Numbered from the stretch's first letter, positions 29,662-40,276 are shown. The stretch: DNA of 64,000 nucleotides from Candidatus Thorarchaeota archaeon (GCA_046758445.1 JBHIAE010000005.1:37070-101069); one strand, 5' to 3'. Notes: generated by a model from the sequence alone, not told the origin. A program made the numbers and translations.

Positions 29662-30272
29662 TCATGCAGCCGTGCTACGGGTACAATGGTCCAACAAAAA
29701 CAGAGATAAGACAAGTCTGGGGCCCTCTATGGGAGATTCCAGTGACCTCAGAACAAGAACCAAGGATGCATCCAGACGAACTAGAAATCGATGCATCAGC
29801 CTGGACCAGCAGCGAAGAGATACGTGAATCTCTCCATGTGATGCTGTCACATCATCCTCCATCCATGTATGGCCATTGTCTTCGAGTATCTTTCCGAGGT
29901 CGATCGCTCTATCTCTGTGGTCGCTGCGCTGGCATCTATACGGGGCTTGGCTTGGGACTCGGTTTCCTGTTCTTAGTCGGGTTCAATCGTGACCCATCAT
30001 GGTTCTGGTTCTTTGTATCACTTGCGATTGGGTTCTCAACTGTGGTCGATTGGATCAGTCAGAGACTAACACCTCGGAAGACTACAAACACGATTCGTGC
30101 CGCATCCGGCTTTCTCAGCGGTGCTTCGCTTGCAATGATTCTGTACTTGGCGAACCTGCTCTATATGCTGGTTGCGCTCATAGTAATGGGTACGACCATT
30201 GGCGGTGTAGGTTTCATCGAGAACCGAAGACGACAGAGGAAGAAGACGACACTGGACGATGATGGCGAGTAG
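29658..30272 (+). CDS. Membrane protein with an N-terminal CxxC zinc-ribbon-like element (DUF2085-like)
   Basis: 'CGRCAGIYTG' followed by 3-4 hydrophobic helices. Overlaps the methyltransferase stop by 4 nt. Confidence 0.45.
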   Translation: MIMQPCYGYNGPTKTEIRQVWGPLWEIPVTSEQEPRMHPDELEIDASAWTSSEEIRESLHVMLSHHPPSMYGHCLRVSFRGRSLYLCGRCAGIYTGLGLGLGFLFLVGFNRDPSWFWFFVSLAIGFSTVVDWISQRLTPRKTTNTIRAASGFLSGASLAMILYLANLLYMLVALIVMGTTIGGVGFIENRRRQRKKTTLDDDGE

Positions 30273-30323
30273 TGCACTTCTTTTTCTACCAAACCATTTT
30301 AACGGGGTGACCTCTCACTGCGA

Positions 30324-31472
30324 TTGTGGAAGAGGATGATTCCAATCGCAGAGCCTATCATTAATGGTAAAGAGATATCGGCGGTAAGTGAAGTCCTTCA
30401 GTCGGGTATGCTTGCCGAGGGCAGAGTGTCCCGCGAGTTTGAACGGAAATTTGCAGAGTACACCGGGACCAAGTACGCTACTGTCACAAACAACGGGACA
30501 ACTGCCCTGAGTACTGCCTTGGAGGCCATGAACATCCAACCCGGTGACGAGGTCATCACTACCCCCTTCACATTCATCGCTTCCGCCAACACAATAGCGA
30601 TGATTGGGGCTGTTCCTGTCTTTGTCGATGTCAAACTGGATACATACAATATTGATCCTGATTTGATCGAGGCAGCCATCACAGATAGAACAAGAGCAAT
30701 CATGCCAGTCCATATCTTCGGCATGCCGTGTGAAATGAATGCCATCGTGGAGATAGCAGAGAAACACAACCTACTAGTAATCGAGGATGCCTGCCAAGCC
30801 CATGGTGCAACTGTAGATGGCAAGATGGTAGGATCAATTGGACATGTTGGCACCTTCTCATTCTATGCGACCAAGAACCTAATGACTGGTGAGGGTGGCA
30901 TGATCACCACTAATGATGAAGAGCTATTGGATCGTTGTCTAATGATTAAGAACCACGGTAGAGGTCCTGAGGGAGGATATACCCACTACAGAATCGGCTA
31001 TAACAACCGAATGTTGGATTTCGTTGCCGCGATCGGCTCAGTACAACTTGGGCGCATGGGTGAAGTTGTCATGCGTCGCAGAGAGAATGCAAAACTGTAT
31101 GATGAGTTCTTTGCAGAGTTTGACCAGGCAAGTCCTCAAGTTACACTCGACGGAATGAAATCCGCTTACCATGTCTATGCGCCTCGACTCTGCACAGAAG
31201 CTATCCAGAGAGATCAGCTGGTTCAGAATCTCAAACAAGAAGGCATTGGGTCCAGACCTGTCTATGCAATTCCATGTCATAGACAAGAAACGTATCGAAG
31301 AATATCAGATTGGAGATGGGCCAGATTTGTCGATTATCCTGACTACTCATCAATTGGCTTGCCAAACTCAGAGGAGATTGCCGCCCAGCACTTCGAGATT
31401 CCAGTTCATCCCGGTGTCAGCGAGGAAGACATAAGTCACATCGAAGGGACTCTCCGCAAGATGTGGTCGTAG
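30324..31472 (+). CDS. DegT/DnrJ/EryC1/StrS-family PLP-dependent sugar aminotransferase
   Basis: The family signature 'FSFYATKNLMTGEGGMITTND' (PLP lysine) and the N-terminal 'PIAEPIINGKE'. Confidence 0.85.
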   Translation: MWKRMIPIAEPIINGKEISAVSEVLQSGMLAEGRVSREFERKFAEYTGTKYATVTNNGTTALSTALEAMNIQPGDEVITTPFTFIASANTIAMIGAVPVFVDVKLDTYNIDPDLIEAAITDRTRAIMPVHIFGMPCEMNAIVEIAEKHNLLVIEDACQAHGATVDGKMVGSIGHVGTFSFYATKNLMTGEGGMITTNDEELLDRCLMIKNHGRGPEGGYTHYRIGYNNRMLDFVAAIGSVQLGRMGEVVMRRRENAKLYDEFFAEFDQASPQVTLDGMKSAYHVYAPRLCTEAIQRDQLVQNLKQEGIGSRPVYAIPCHRQETYRRISDWRWARFVDYPDYSSIGLPNSEEIAAQHFEIPVHPGVSEEDISHIEGTLRKMWS

Positions 31473-31589
31473 CCCCTTTACATCTCAATCATCTCGATCT
31501 GATTCTAGAAACATGACTGCAGCAAATACGGCTGAACAAAGGACAAAAGGGGAAGTCTTTGCTGAAGAACTAGTAGGAGCCCAGCTTGC

Positions 31590-32750
31590 ATGAAATCCTT
31601 TGTCAATGAACCACGTCGCAGAGGCGGAGTAGTCAATGAGATCCGACGGCTCGGTGGAAGACGGCGGAGCGACAAGGACCTGAGTTTTGAGATTGGCAAA
31701 ATGCCACGAAGCATATTGAGTGAGATGCTCGTGGTCTGTGGAAGAGTCGGTTCTGAAGCTTCTGCAGCCTACGAAGCTAAGGCGAAGGAGCTAGAGGCTG
31801 ATTTCATCTCCGAAACAGGGCGTTCCTGGGTCCTTGCCCTAAAGACTCTTCAGAAGAACTACGATCCTGGTACGCATTCTGGAGTCCTGCTAATAGGCAC
31901 AAACAAAGAGCTCCCAGCCACACAGATCTCACATGGAGGTTACTACGGGTTCACTGATTGGTTCATTCAAGATGTTGACGGCGATGGAGCCCCCGATACT
32001 CCTGTTGGACGTATATTTGGCCCCCCTGAAACGGTTCTTTACCACATGGACCCTATGATAATAGATAGCAATATCGCCGTTGTCTTCGACTCACAGCCGG
32101 GGCGTTCCACGCGACATGTGGAAGGCCTGAAAGAACTAGGATTTGAGGTCGAAGTATTGCGAGAGTTCTCCGAGGAAGACTCTGGATTACTCTCGGTATG
32201 TGAGTTCATCCTTCAATTCTCAGATGGAATGTTTGACATGAGAATCCACGGCACACCGGAGAAGTGGGCATCGCACAACTCAGTCATCCTGGACCACACA
32301 CAGGCCTCTTCAATCAAGTTTGAAGGATATCCTGTTGTCTACTCGGAAGCCTGCAGTACTGCACAAGAGGGGCCGCTATTGAGAGCCTTCCTAGATCAAG
32401 GGGCCTGCTACATCGGCGCCACTCTGGATACGATGAACAACCTGGAGCCCTTTGACGACTGGCGAGAGTGTGCATATGCAGACGGGTGGAAATTCGGGTT
32501 CTTGGATCTCCTTGACACACATGAATTGATAGGAACGGTGAAGATAGGCGTGGACAGAGCCATCTACGACAATCTGGCTGATAGCGTAAAGAGAGAACTA
32601 GAGGATGTCAGATCTGGAGAGAACGTTGAGATTGCCACAGACAATGCTCTTTCTGCGGCTGAATGGGTCATCTTTGGCAATCCCTTGCGAAGAACAACGG
32701 TTGGTCCCCAAGCAGACTTCACGCCTGGCAAGTTGCTTGTTGACACCTGA
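31590..32750 (+). CDS. Hypothetical protein
   Basis: 386-aa ORF. The real start is probably the internal Met near 31700. Confidence 0.45.
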   Translation: MKSFVNEPRRRGGVVNEIRRLGGRRRSDKDLSFEIGKMPRSILSEMLVVCGRVGSEASAAYEAKAKELEADFISETGRSWVLALKTLQKNYDPGTHSGVLLIGTNKELPATQISHGGYYGFTDWFIQDVDGDGAPDTPVGRIFGPPETVLYHMDPMIIDSNIAVVFDSQPGRSTRHVEGLKELGFEVEVLREFSEEDSGLLSVCEFILQFSDGMFDMRIHGTPEKWASHNSVILDHTQASSIKFEGYPVVYSEACSTAQEGPLLRAFLDQGACYIGATLDTMNNLEPFDDWRECAYADGWKFGFLDLLDTHELIGTVKIGVDRAIYDNLADSVKRELEDVRSGENVEIATDNALSAAEWVIFGNPLRRTTVGPQADFTPGKLLVDT

Positions 32751-32752
32751 TG

Positions 32753-33106
32753 CTATTTGCCTGAATTCATGGAAAGTCTTGATGCAACAGTGCCACCAAT
32801 AGCCCCTCCAAACGCACCTACTAATGACAGGATGAAGACTGCCTGGAGGATTACCAGCGGATCGGACATCGAGCGTTGAAGGACATCGAGAAAACCAATC
32901 AGCAATGGATAGACGAGTAGAGCACCCAGCAGGCCAACAAGTGTGCCTGTTCCTACTCGCGACGCTAGGTAGCCGCCGATGGCTCCTGCCACGAAAGGAG
33001 CAAGCACAAAGAGGACTACGTAGAGCCCAGCATTAAGCAGGGCCACTGCAATTACGATTCCGGAGAGGCGGACCAGCTCGGCCCGAAACGTTTGTCGTTG
33101 AGTCAA
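32753..33106 (-). CDS. Small hydrophobic membrane protein
   Basis: 117 aa with three predicted TM helices, glycine-rich. Confidence 0.4.
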   Translation of the reverse strand: MTQRQTFRAELVRLSGIVIAVALLNAGLYVVLFVLAPFVAGAIGGYLASRVGTGTLVGLLGALLVYPLLIGFLDVLQRSMSDPLVILQAVFILSLVGAFGGAIGGTVASRLSMNSGK

Positions 33107-33291
33107 GATGAGCCATCAGTTGCGCATCCGAGGTGGGTTATAACCATGCCGTTCACCCATGCACTGTCACTGTAGCCCGGCTCGTCATGAAAGGAGGAGT
33201 AGAAGTGACGAGAATCAAAGTGAGATGGGAACAATGAGGAGGGTTTAATATTCATTTCTGGATTTCTCGGGCTCATCAGGAGAAGCCTGGA

Positions 33292-34215
33292 TTGTCAATG
33301 ACTATGGCGGTGCCCAAGGGATACGACTTGTTAATGTCCGTTCATTCATGGATATACCCCGACGTCCAACCTGTTCCCGAGAAGACAGGTCCTGAATGGT
33401 ATGGACGAGTTCTCACCATAGACCAATTGAGATGCCCAACAGTTGTCAAGCAGCCCCGACCTGGAAGTCGTCTTAAAGTGTCCTTCTCGTCTGACAATCT
33501 TAGCGGGAAAGAAGTGGCTCGAAAGGTCAGAAGAGTCTTGGGATTTGACATTGAGACTCGACCAGCCCTCGACAGGATCCTTGAGGACGATGCCATTTCC
33601 TATGTCGCTACGAAGATTCAGGGGATACGTCCCTACATTGCAGACAGTCCTTTTGAAGCACTTGTCAAGTCGATCATACAGCAGCAGATCTCTTACAGAG
33701 CCGCCAATCTGATTACGAAGCGATTGATCCTCGGTCTGTCTAGCCCTAAGCCAGCTGAAGGCGAGTACCTCTATATGTTCCCAGAAGCTTCATCGTTGAA
33801 GGACTGCGGGATTGACCGACTGAAAGGTTATGGCCTGGGATATAGGGCTGAATACGTCAACAACGTGTGTACTCTGGTCGAAGCCGGCAAGCTCGATTTA
33901 CAAAGACTGCTCGAAGTGCCATGTGAAGAAATCCTTGAAGCATTATCTGGCATTCGTGGAGTGGGAGAGTGGACAGTTCAGACGTTCATGATTGCAGGAA
34001 TTGGAAACCTCAGCATCTTTCCTTATGGGGATCTTGGTACCAGGAATCTTCTGGGGCGAATCTACAATGCTGGCAAAAGGATGAGCGCGCAGGGAGTCAT
34101 TGAAAGAAGCAAGGCTTGGGGTCAACACGGACCAATGATACTCTATTTGCTAATGTGTGCAGATGTGCTAGGACTTTGCGAGAGTGCAAGCAGGCCGAAA
34201 ATGCATAAAAGGTGA
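33292..34215 (+). CDS. HhH-GPD DNA glycosylase (AlkA-like 3-methyladenine glycosylase II)
   Basis: Helix-hairpin-helix/GPD motif 'LSGIRGVGEWTVQTFMIAGIGNLSIFPYGDLGTRN' with the catalytic Asp. Confidence 0.75.
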   Translation: MSMTMAVPKGYDLLMSVHSWIYPDVQPVPEKTGPEWYGRVLTIDQLRCPTVVKQPRPGSRLKVSFSSDNLSGKEVARKVRRVLGFDIETRPALDRILEDDAISYVATKIQGIRPYIADSPFEALVKSIIQQQISYRAANLITKRLILGLSSPKPAEGEYLYMFPEASSLKDCGIDRLKGYGLGYRAEYVNNVCTLVEAGKLDLQRLLEVPCEEILEALSGIRGVGEWTVQTFMIAGIGNLSIFPYGDLGTRNLLGRIYNAGKRMSAQGVIERSKAWGQHGPMILYLLMCADVLGLCESASRPKMHKR

Positions 34216-34252
34216 CGAGTTGCTGGTGACCTGGGCACCTGGGTGAAGCTCT

Positions 34253-35413
34253 TTGACTGTGAATAACAAGAAGAAGAACACCAAGCAGTGGCGCATATAC
34301 TCGATGTTCCTCAAAGAGTTGCGGCTCATCCAGAATGACAAGTTCGCTCTTCTCCTCATCTTCGCACTGCCAACGATGATTATGGCCACTATGTACGTCG
34401 CCATTAACCAAGGTGGCGCAGGATTCATTCCAGCAGATGCTGCTGGCAAAAGTGAGGACGCTATCAGTCTAGGGGTAGTTGATGTTGATCCGACTGATAC
34501 ATTCCCTGGTCAGGATCTTTCTGCAAACTTCACATGGTATCTGCAGAACAGTACTGACTTCATTGTCGTGATATTTAGCAATGAGAGTGAAGCTCTCAAC
34601 GCACTCTACTACGACAGCATTGATGCGTATGCAGTAATCCCTTACGGCTTTGAAGGAAACATAACCGGAAACATACCTGCTTTCGTCAACCTTCATATCA
34701 GCAGCACAAACTTTCAGAGCCAATCAGCTGTCTTCTCAAGCTTCAGCTCGGTCGTAGCAGAATTCAGGTATGACCATGGTTGGATAAGGAACGAGGTGGA
34801 CCTCGACACTGTGCGAGAGTTTGAACCTTCAGGGAACTACACCGCAGCCACCTTTGGTGTCTTTATGATGGTGTTCGCAGTGTTCATCGCTACCGCAGCC
34901 ACTGCTGCTCAGGCGATTGTGGGGGATGTACCGCTCAATAGGATGTTGTTGACGCCGGCCACAAAAATGGAGGCAATCCTGGCCAAGATCCTCGCCTACT
35001 TCTCTGTCGGCTTTGTCCAAAGCTGGTTCCTGCTGTTCATGTGGCTGGGGCTCTTCAACATAGTTCCAAATACTGACATACTTACATTGGATGCAGTTCT
35101 GCTTCTGATGTCCATCTCGGGATCAGCATTAGGTGTTGCGATATCGACGCTTGTGACGACTAGGCTGCAGGCGAATCAATCATTCCTGTTCCTCTTGTTT
35201 GGATCGATGATTGTAGGAACAGGCTTTATGGATGTGGGGATAATAGATGACGTCTATCCTCTGAACTTGGGACGAGTGATGATCATTGATACCGCCTTCA
35301 AAGGCATCGAACTCAGTCAATTCATGAACGACATAGTCACGATAGCGATATTCACAGCCTTCTCCCTCTTGTTTGCCTGGGGAGTCTTCTCTAAGAGAAC
35401 AAGCCTCGCCTAG
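34253..35413 (+). CDS. ABC-2 type transporter permease
   Basis: 386 aa with an N-terminal TM, a large extracytoplasmic loop and five C-terminal TMs, typical of ABC-2 permeases. Confidence 0.55.
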   Translation: MTVNNKKKNTKQWRIYSMFLKELRLIQNDKFALLLIFALPTMIMATMYVAINQGGAGFIPADAAGKSEDAISLGVVDVDPTDTFPGQDLSANFTWYLQNSTDFIVVIFSNESEALNALYYDSIDAYAVIPYGFEGNITGNIPAFVNLHISSTNFQSQSAVFSSFSSVVAEFRYDHGWIRNEVDLDTVREFEPSGNYTAATFGVFMMVFAVFIATAATAAQAIVGDVPLNRMLLTPATKMEAILAKILAYFSVGFVQSWFLLFMWLGLFNIVPNTDILTLDAVLLLMSISGSALGVAISTLVTTRLQANQSFLFLLFGSMIVGTGFMDVGIIDDVYPLNLGRVMIIDTAFKGIELSQFMNDIVTIAIFTAFSLLFAWGVFSKRTSLA

Positions 35414-35457
35414 CGCACCCGCTTGAGTTGTCTATTGAGAGTACTCTGACGGCAGAT

Positions 35458-36264
35458 TCAGATTCCGAGATAGGCCAAGATTACGAGAGCGGCGTTGTTG
35501 AGGCCATGTGCCACAGTGGGGCCCATAATTGAGTAGTTCCTCTTCTGAGCCAGGCCTCCAAGGAAGAGTCCAATTACAAGACGTGTTGGAAAGCCAAGTG
35601 GTTCAAGATGCATCAAAGCGAAAACGATGCTTGTGACTATCAGTGCATAGAGCTGGGGTCTTGACTGTCGCGAGCTGAAGTACAATTCCATACGTCGCTG
35701 CAGGAATCCTCTGAACAGCAACTCCTCACTAAACCCAACGATAAGGAACATGGCAGCAATCCACACAGCTGCTTCAAGACCACTTGATATGACGAAAAGT
35801 GACTCATCGCCAATTCCGGGTCTTCCAGCAATGAGGTCGATGAAGAATGTGATAGTATAGTTGGCAAAGAGAATCAATATGCCCACGCCAAGTCCGATTA
35901 CTACTTCCTTCGCTGAACCTAATCTGGAAAGCCCAATCGACTTCAGACTGAGCCCATTCCTTCTTACATACCATAATGGTGGAAATATGAGGCCTATCTC
36001 CGCGAAGGTTATGAGCAAGAGAGCAGCGGGGTCGATTATGATGGTCATGGTCACAACATCAATGTAGATCAGCCCGGCAGCCATCATAGGGACCATCATT
36101 ACGAATGTGAGGAGGATGGTCAAGCCAAACGCCACGCCAGTAAGAACGAAGATATGGAAGAGTCTGTCCCAATCGATCTCGCGTTCCATCTCGGCTCCTG
36201 GAACGAAAATGTCAATGCCTGAGTATTCTTTCATCTCCGCGGAATCTGGATCATAGACTGCCAA
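35458..36264 (-). CDS. CPBP-family intramembrane metalloprotease (CAAX protease / Abi)
   Basis: Motif 1 'SEELLFRGF', motif 2 'FALMH' and a C-terminal 'H..NN' in a polytopic membrane protein. Confidence 0.75.
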   Translation of the reverse strand: MAVYDPDSAEMKEYSGIDIFVPGAEMEREIDWDRLFHIFVLTGVAFGLTILLTFVMMVPMMAAGLIYIDVVTMTIIIDPAALLLITFAEIGLIFPPLWYVRRNGLSLKSIGLSRLGSAKEVVIGLGVGILILFANYTITFFIDLIAGRPGIGDESLFVISSGLEAAVWIAAMFLIVGFSEELLFRGFLQRRMELYFSSRQSRPQLYALIVTSIVFALMHLEPLGFPTRLVIGLFLGGLAQKRNYSIMGPTVAHGLNNAALVILAYLGI

Positions 36265-36397
36265 ATGGAGTTACACCGTGAGCTGGGGGATTATGTGTTT
36301 TGATAAGGGTTTAGTTCGGTATCAGATTCTTGCTGCATTCGATACACTTTATCAATACCCTATCATCCATGTGAGAGCTGGGTCGGGACTGTAACAG

Positions 36398-38410
36398 GTG
36401 GTGAGTCTACAATTGGATGGAGATGCTGAGCCAACACCCGTGAGGGGGACTGCACTCCTAGTTATCACCATCATCATTGTCGCTATTTCTCTGGGCGCCG
36501 CCGTACTACCACGAAATGGACCTACACCGGATCTTAGAGTTAGAGTTGCAGTCATTGACTCAGGTATCACGAAAGACGGAGAGCTTCTTGCGAGAGTTGT
36601 GGCAGAAACGAGCTTCATAAACTCAACCTTCGGCTACAATGCAGTGGACAACTCAACTGAGGATAGCCAACCTAATGGTAGTCCGCATGGAACATATGTT
36701 GCAAAGATACTCTCGCGCAAAGCCCCGGATGCCGCCATTGTCAATGCGAAGGTCGTAACGGCGAACAACACCGCAACTATTGAGGGCATCATCAGCGCGA
36801 TTCGCTGGGCTGTTGACGAGGAGAACTGTAGCGTCATCAACATCAGTCTCGGCACTCTTCCAACCACGAAGAGTCAACTAGGTGAAGTGGTGAAATGGGC
36901 ATTTGAGAGGGGTGTTTCGATTGTGGCGGCTGCCGGAAACAACGGCATGGGTGGGGTGGCTGGGACCTCGATCGAATCCCCTGCAGTCAATCCAGAGGTT
37001 ATTGCAGTGGGTGCGACTGATGACAGAAACAGAATATACGATTTCTCGGCGAGAGGACCCCTCTGGGACCGGACCATCAAACCTGACATAAGTGCACCCG
37101 GTTTCTATACAGAAAACGGGGTTACCGTGTTCGGGACTAGCTATGCTACTCCTGTAGTTTCAGCGGCCGCCGTCAGACTCATCGAGTTCTGCGAAGAGAA
37201 TGACCTATCTTGGACACCGGGTATGATAAAGGCCACATTACTGGCAAGTGCAACTCATCTCTCCGTAGAAGAATGGGAAGTAGGGGCGGGTGTTGTTGAC
37301 TTGGTTGAAGCCCTGTCCTTGATCGAGAACGCAATGGAAAGCGAAGGCCTTCCACAGATTGCAGCACTCTCTCCAACCTCCGGTCCTTTTAGCTTTGAAC
37401 GTTGGTTTGTGAATTCTACCACTCACGTGTCTCTATCAGTGTTTTGCAGCAACATCACGACATTCTCGATTCTCTATGCAGGCTCTGCTTCGGAATGGGT
37501 GACGGGACCCCAAAACGTCACCGCTAATCAGATCGGCAAATTCCACTTTGAAATCAGAGTCGTGGCGAACGAAACTCAAAACGATCTCGACCTAGAAGTA
37601 GTTCTCATCTCTCCCGGCTACAGCTTCCTCAGAGCAAGTTTCACCTTTGACGCAGCATCTCCTCAGGCAAGGATTGCATTTGATTTTAGTCATACTCCAT
37701 GGCTCATTGATTCCATCTATGGACAGTTCAAGAGTATGTACGAGCTGATTACACAGGCAGGAATTGCAGTCGAGGAGATCAGGTTTCCACAAGAGATCAT
37801 TTCAAAGAATCTCACCGAGTATGATGCAATCTTCATCGTGGATCCTAGTGCTTGGTACTATTCAATGCTCGACAACGAAACCATTCCCGCTCCTATTTTC
37901 TCATATTCCCCGGCGGAGATTACATCGTACACGGACTATTGGAATGCAGGTGGAAGCCTCATTGTTTTGGGACTTGGGAACTCCAGCCTCAACCTATCAT
38001 CAGCGAACGAGCTACTTTGGCCATTTGGATTTCAATTGAATTACGATCAGATACCGGCCGTCACAATTGTTGTGAATGGAGTATCCTCCACCGAATTGAT
38101 AACGGACATACAGGAGCACAACGCGACCTCTGGAATAGGTTCTTTCGATTTCAACGGTTGCTCAGTGAACTACACTGGAGGAGCCTACTCTCTGGCTCAG
38201 ACTGAGGTCAGCTTTCTTCTTACCAACGGTTCGCTGAGTCAGGAGAACCGAACGGTCATGGCTGCACTAGAAGGAGCAGGTGGAGGAAGAATGATTGTGT
38301 CTGGCAGCAATTTCCTGTTTGACAATTGGGGAATATCAGGCGGATACCAATCCGATCAGAATGCGCTTTTTGTTCTTCAGATTACAAAATGGTTGACAGG
38401 CATTATTTGA
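36398..38410 (+). CDS. Subtilisin-like serine protease (S8), N-terminally membrane-anchored
   Basis: Catalytic triad contexts 'VAVIDSGI' (Asp), 'HGTYVAK' (His) and 'GTSYATPVV' (Ser). An N-terminal hydrophobic helix and a long C-terminal extension. Confidence 0.85.
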   Translation: MVSLQLDGDAEPTPVRGTALLVITIIIVAISLGAAVLPRNGPTPDLRVRVAVIDSGITKDGELLARVVAETSFINSTFGYNAVDNSTEDSQPNGSPHGTYVAKILSRKAPDAAIVNAKVVTANNTATIEGIISAIRWAVDEENCSVINISLGTLPTTKSQLGEVVKWAFERGVSIVAAAGNNGMGGVAGTSIESPAVNPEVIAVGATDDRNRIYDFSARGPLWDRTIKPDISAPGFYTENGVTVFGTSYATPVVSAAAVRLIEFCEENDLSWTPGMIKATLLASATHLSVEEWEVGAGVVDLVEALSLIENAMESEGLPQIAALSPTSGPFSFERWFVNSTTHVSLSVFCSNITTFSILYAGSASEWVTGPQNVTANQIGKFHFEIRVVANETQNDLDLEVVLISPGYSFLRASFTFDAASPQARIAFDFSHTPWLIDSIYGQFKSMYELITQAGIAVEEIRFPQEIISKNLTEYDAIFIVDPSAWYYSMLDNETIPAPIFSYSPAEITSYTDYWNAGGSLIVLGLGNSSLNLSSANELLWPFGFQLNYDQIPAVTIVVNGVSSTELITDIQEHNATSGIGSFDFNGCSVNYTGGAYSLAQTEVSFLLTNGSLSQENRTVMAALEGAGGGRMIVSGSNFLFDNWGISGGYQSDQNALFVLQITKWLTGII

Positions 38411-38413
38411 AAC

Positions 38414-38797
38414 TCATAGGAGCGGTGCGATGTTCTCACAAGCAGTTTTTGCAGCATATACTAGAAGCCCTGTCTTCATACTCTTACCTGCAGCAAGAAC
38501 TAGAATCGCCTTCTCACCTGCGCTCTTCATTATCATCAGGCCAGATTCGTTCGTGAGAAGGACCTCCTCTAGAAGCCCCTGGTCCATCCTCTCTGCGGCC
38601 AAGTCGGCGACTCCCAGAATTGATGCCGCCATCGCTGCAATCTCCGCTTCCTCAAGTCCCTGTGGCACAGCACATGCGATAGGTAGGCCCTCCTTGGAGA
38701 GAAGCATCCATGCTCTTATTCCCGTGGCAAGCGAAGTGGCCTCTTCCATTATCTGACGAAGTTTTCCCTGCAGTTCCTCGAATGCGGGGTCGAACAC
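38414..38797 (-). CDS. Roadblock/LC7 domain protein (MglB-like)
   Basis: 127 aa with the alpha-beta-beta-alpha-beta Roadblock pattern 'AWMLLSKEGLPIACAV...AAMAASILGVADLAAERM...ILVLAAG'. Confidence 0.7.
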   Translation of the reverse strand: MFDPAFEELQGKLRQIMEEATSLATGIRAWMLLSKEGLPIACAVPQGLEEAEIAAMAASILGVADLAAERMDQGLLEEVLLTNESGLMIMKSAGEKAILVLAAGKSMKTGLLVYAAKTACENIAPLL

Positions 38798-39043
38798 GGT
38801 GGCCTACCTCCTCACTATCCTTACGGCGGAAAGGTGAAGGAAATGCGCATTAATAAAGTTTGATAACATAGCTTCATGGAACAAAACAAGATGGCCCAGT
38901 TTCACGAAACAACATGTGCGTTGATTGTCAGACATGATGGATGATATGCCATTGAACCAGGAACGACTCTATTAGGGGGCGTGCCTGGCTCTAACCTATG
39001 TTTCAAGATAGATATAATGTCCTCATGAAATGGCCAAGATGTG

Positions 39044-39880
39044 CTATGGTTCTACCCAGAACATCCTATCCCTGATCTCTTCAATTGGAGTTGACCAAGT
39101 GTGGTCCTTCAAATCAGCTTGAGCCATCAACGGAACTTCATCATCAATCATGAATGACTCAAGATGTCCGCAAAAGAAGAGTGACGTGATATCCACTGTC
39201 TTCATCAAGTTGTCACTGATGTCCAGCCAGAGCAGGTTCTCGCATTCCATCAGTGGAAGCAGATCGATCTGCAGTATCTTCGTATTCCGCAGCCAGAGGC
39301 CTTCAAGCGATGCGCAGCTCCTGAGTGGCGAGATGTCTATTTCATCAAATCGGTTATTCTCCAGAAACAACTCTTGGAGGTTTGTGCATTTCGACAATGG
39401 TCGCAAGTCCACGCCAATCAGTTCATTGTTGTCGAGTCTCAGGAATCTAAGAGCTGAGCATTTGCTGAGAGGTGACAGGTCTAGGATCGAAAAGCTATTG
39501 GATTGAAGATTGAGTTCTTTCAGACGTTTGCACTTCATCAAAGGTGTTAGATCAATTCGCTGTAGTCTATTCATCTCTAGTGAAAACGTGTCAAGGCTCT
39601 TGCACTTCCCAAGGGATGTGATATCAATTAATGCGAGGAGATTTGAGCCGAGAGAGAGTATTTCGAGGTCCTGACATTTTCCGAGTGGTTCTAGGTCAAT
39701 GCTGCTGATAGAGTTGCTTGACAGATTCAGCTCTCGTGGATTCGGGCATTCTGCTAGGGGTGAAAGATCGACTCCTACTATGTTTCGACCAGACAGATCC
39801 AATTCGGCCGTGTCATCACCCTTATCGAGATGCAGCTCCTCTCCACTTTCATTCGTGAAGTTGACACGTATATCAGGCAT
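39044..39880 (-). CDS. Leucine-rich repeat protein (about 11 LRRs of 22 aa; no other domain)
   Basis: Regular repeats of 'L..C..L..L.L..N.I..IDL.PL' throughout. Confidence 0.8.
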   Translation of the reverse strand: MPDIRVNFTNESGEELHLDKGDDTAELDLSGRNIVGVDLSPLAECPNPRELNLSSNSISSIDLEPLGKCQDLEILSLGSNLLALIDITSLGKCKSLDTFSLEMNRLQRIDLTPLMKCKRLKELNLQSNSFSILDLSPLSKCSALRFLRLDNNELIGVDLRPLSKCTNLQELFLENNRFDEIDISPLRSCASLEGLWLRNTKILQIDLLPLMECENLLWLDISDNLMKTVDITSLFFCGHLESFMIDDEVPLMAQADLKDHTWSTPIEEIRDRMFWVEP

Positions 39881-40276
39881 GCGGGGAGCCTCAGCTAGTT
39901 TCTTCCTTTGTTTCGCAACGTTCGCAGGATGAATGATTAGGTTTCACTTTCTGATTCATGTGGAACGCGTCTTGACTCATGTACGCACTCGCCATTCTCT
40001 AACGCATCTCTGGCTGAATCGGGGACCTCGGACCCGTCTTATAAGACTGTGATAGCCTTTCTATGTCTGACATTCTCTCAAAAGAATTCGTTGGGAATTA
40101 ATCTGGGTAATAGCTCAAGCTGAAGCCATTTGAGCGCCATACACGACAAGGATAGAAGAAATCGACCCGCCCCTTCTGATGATCGGGGGTAAGACATCGT
40201 TCCATCCAATCCTTCACAATTGACTGCGCTTCAATTCCTTGCAGGAGTAGACTGTGGATAGGGCGGAGCCAAGGCA

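Noticed and set aside
31590-32750. Possible clan-CD (caspase/gingipain-like) peptidase, from 'SHGG' and 'QGACYIG'
   Set aside because: The His-to-Cys spacing (about 150 aa) is far larger than in caspase, legumain, gingipain or clostripain (30-60 aa), and no other family motifs are present. I kept it as hypothetical.
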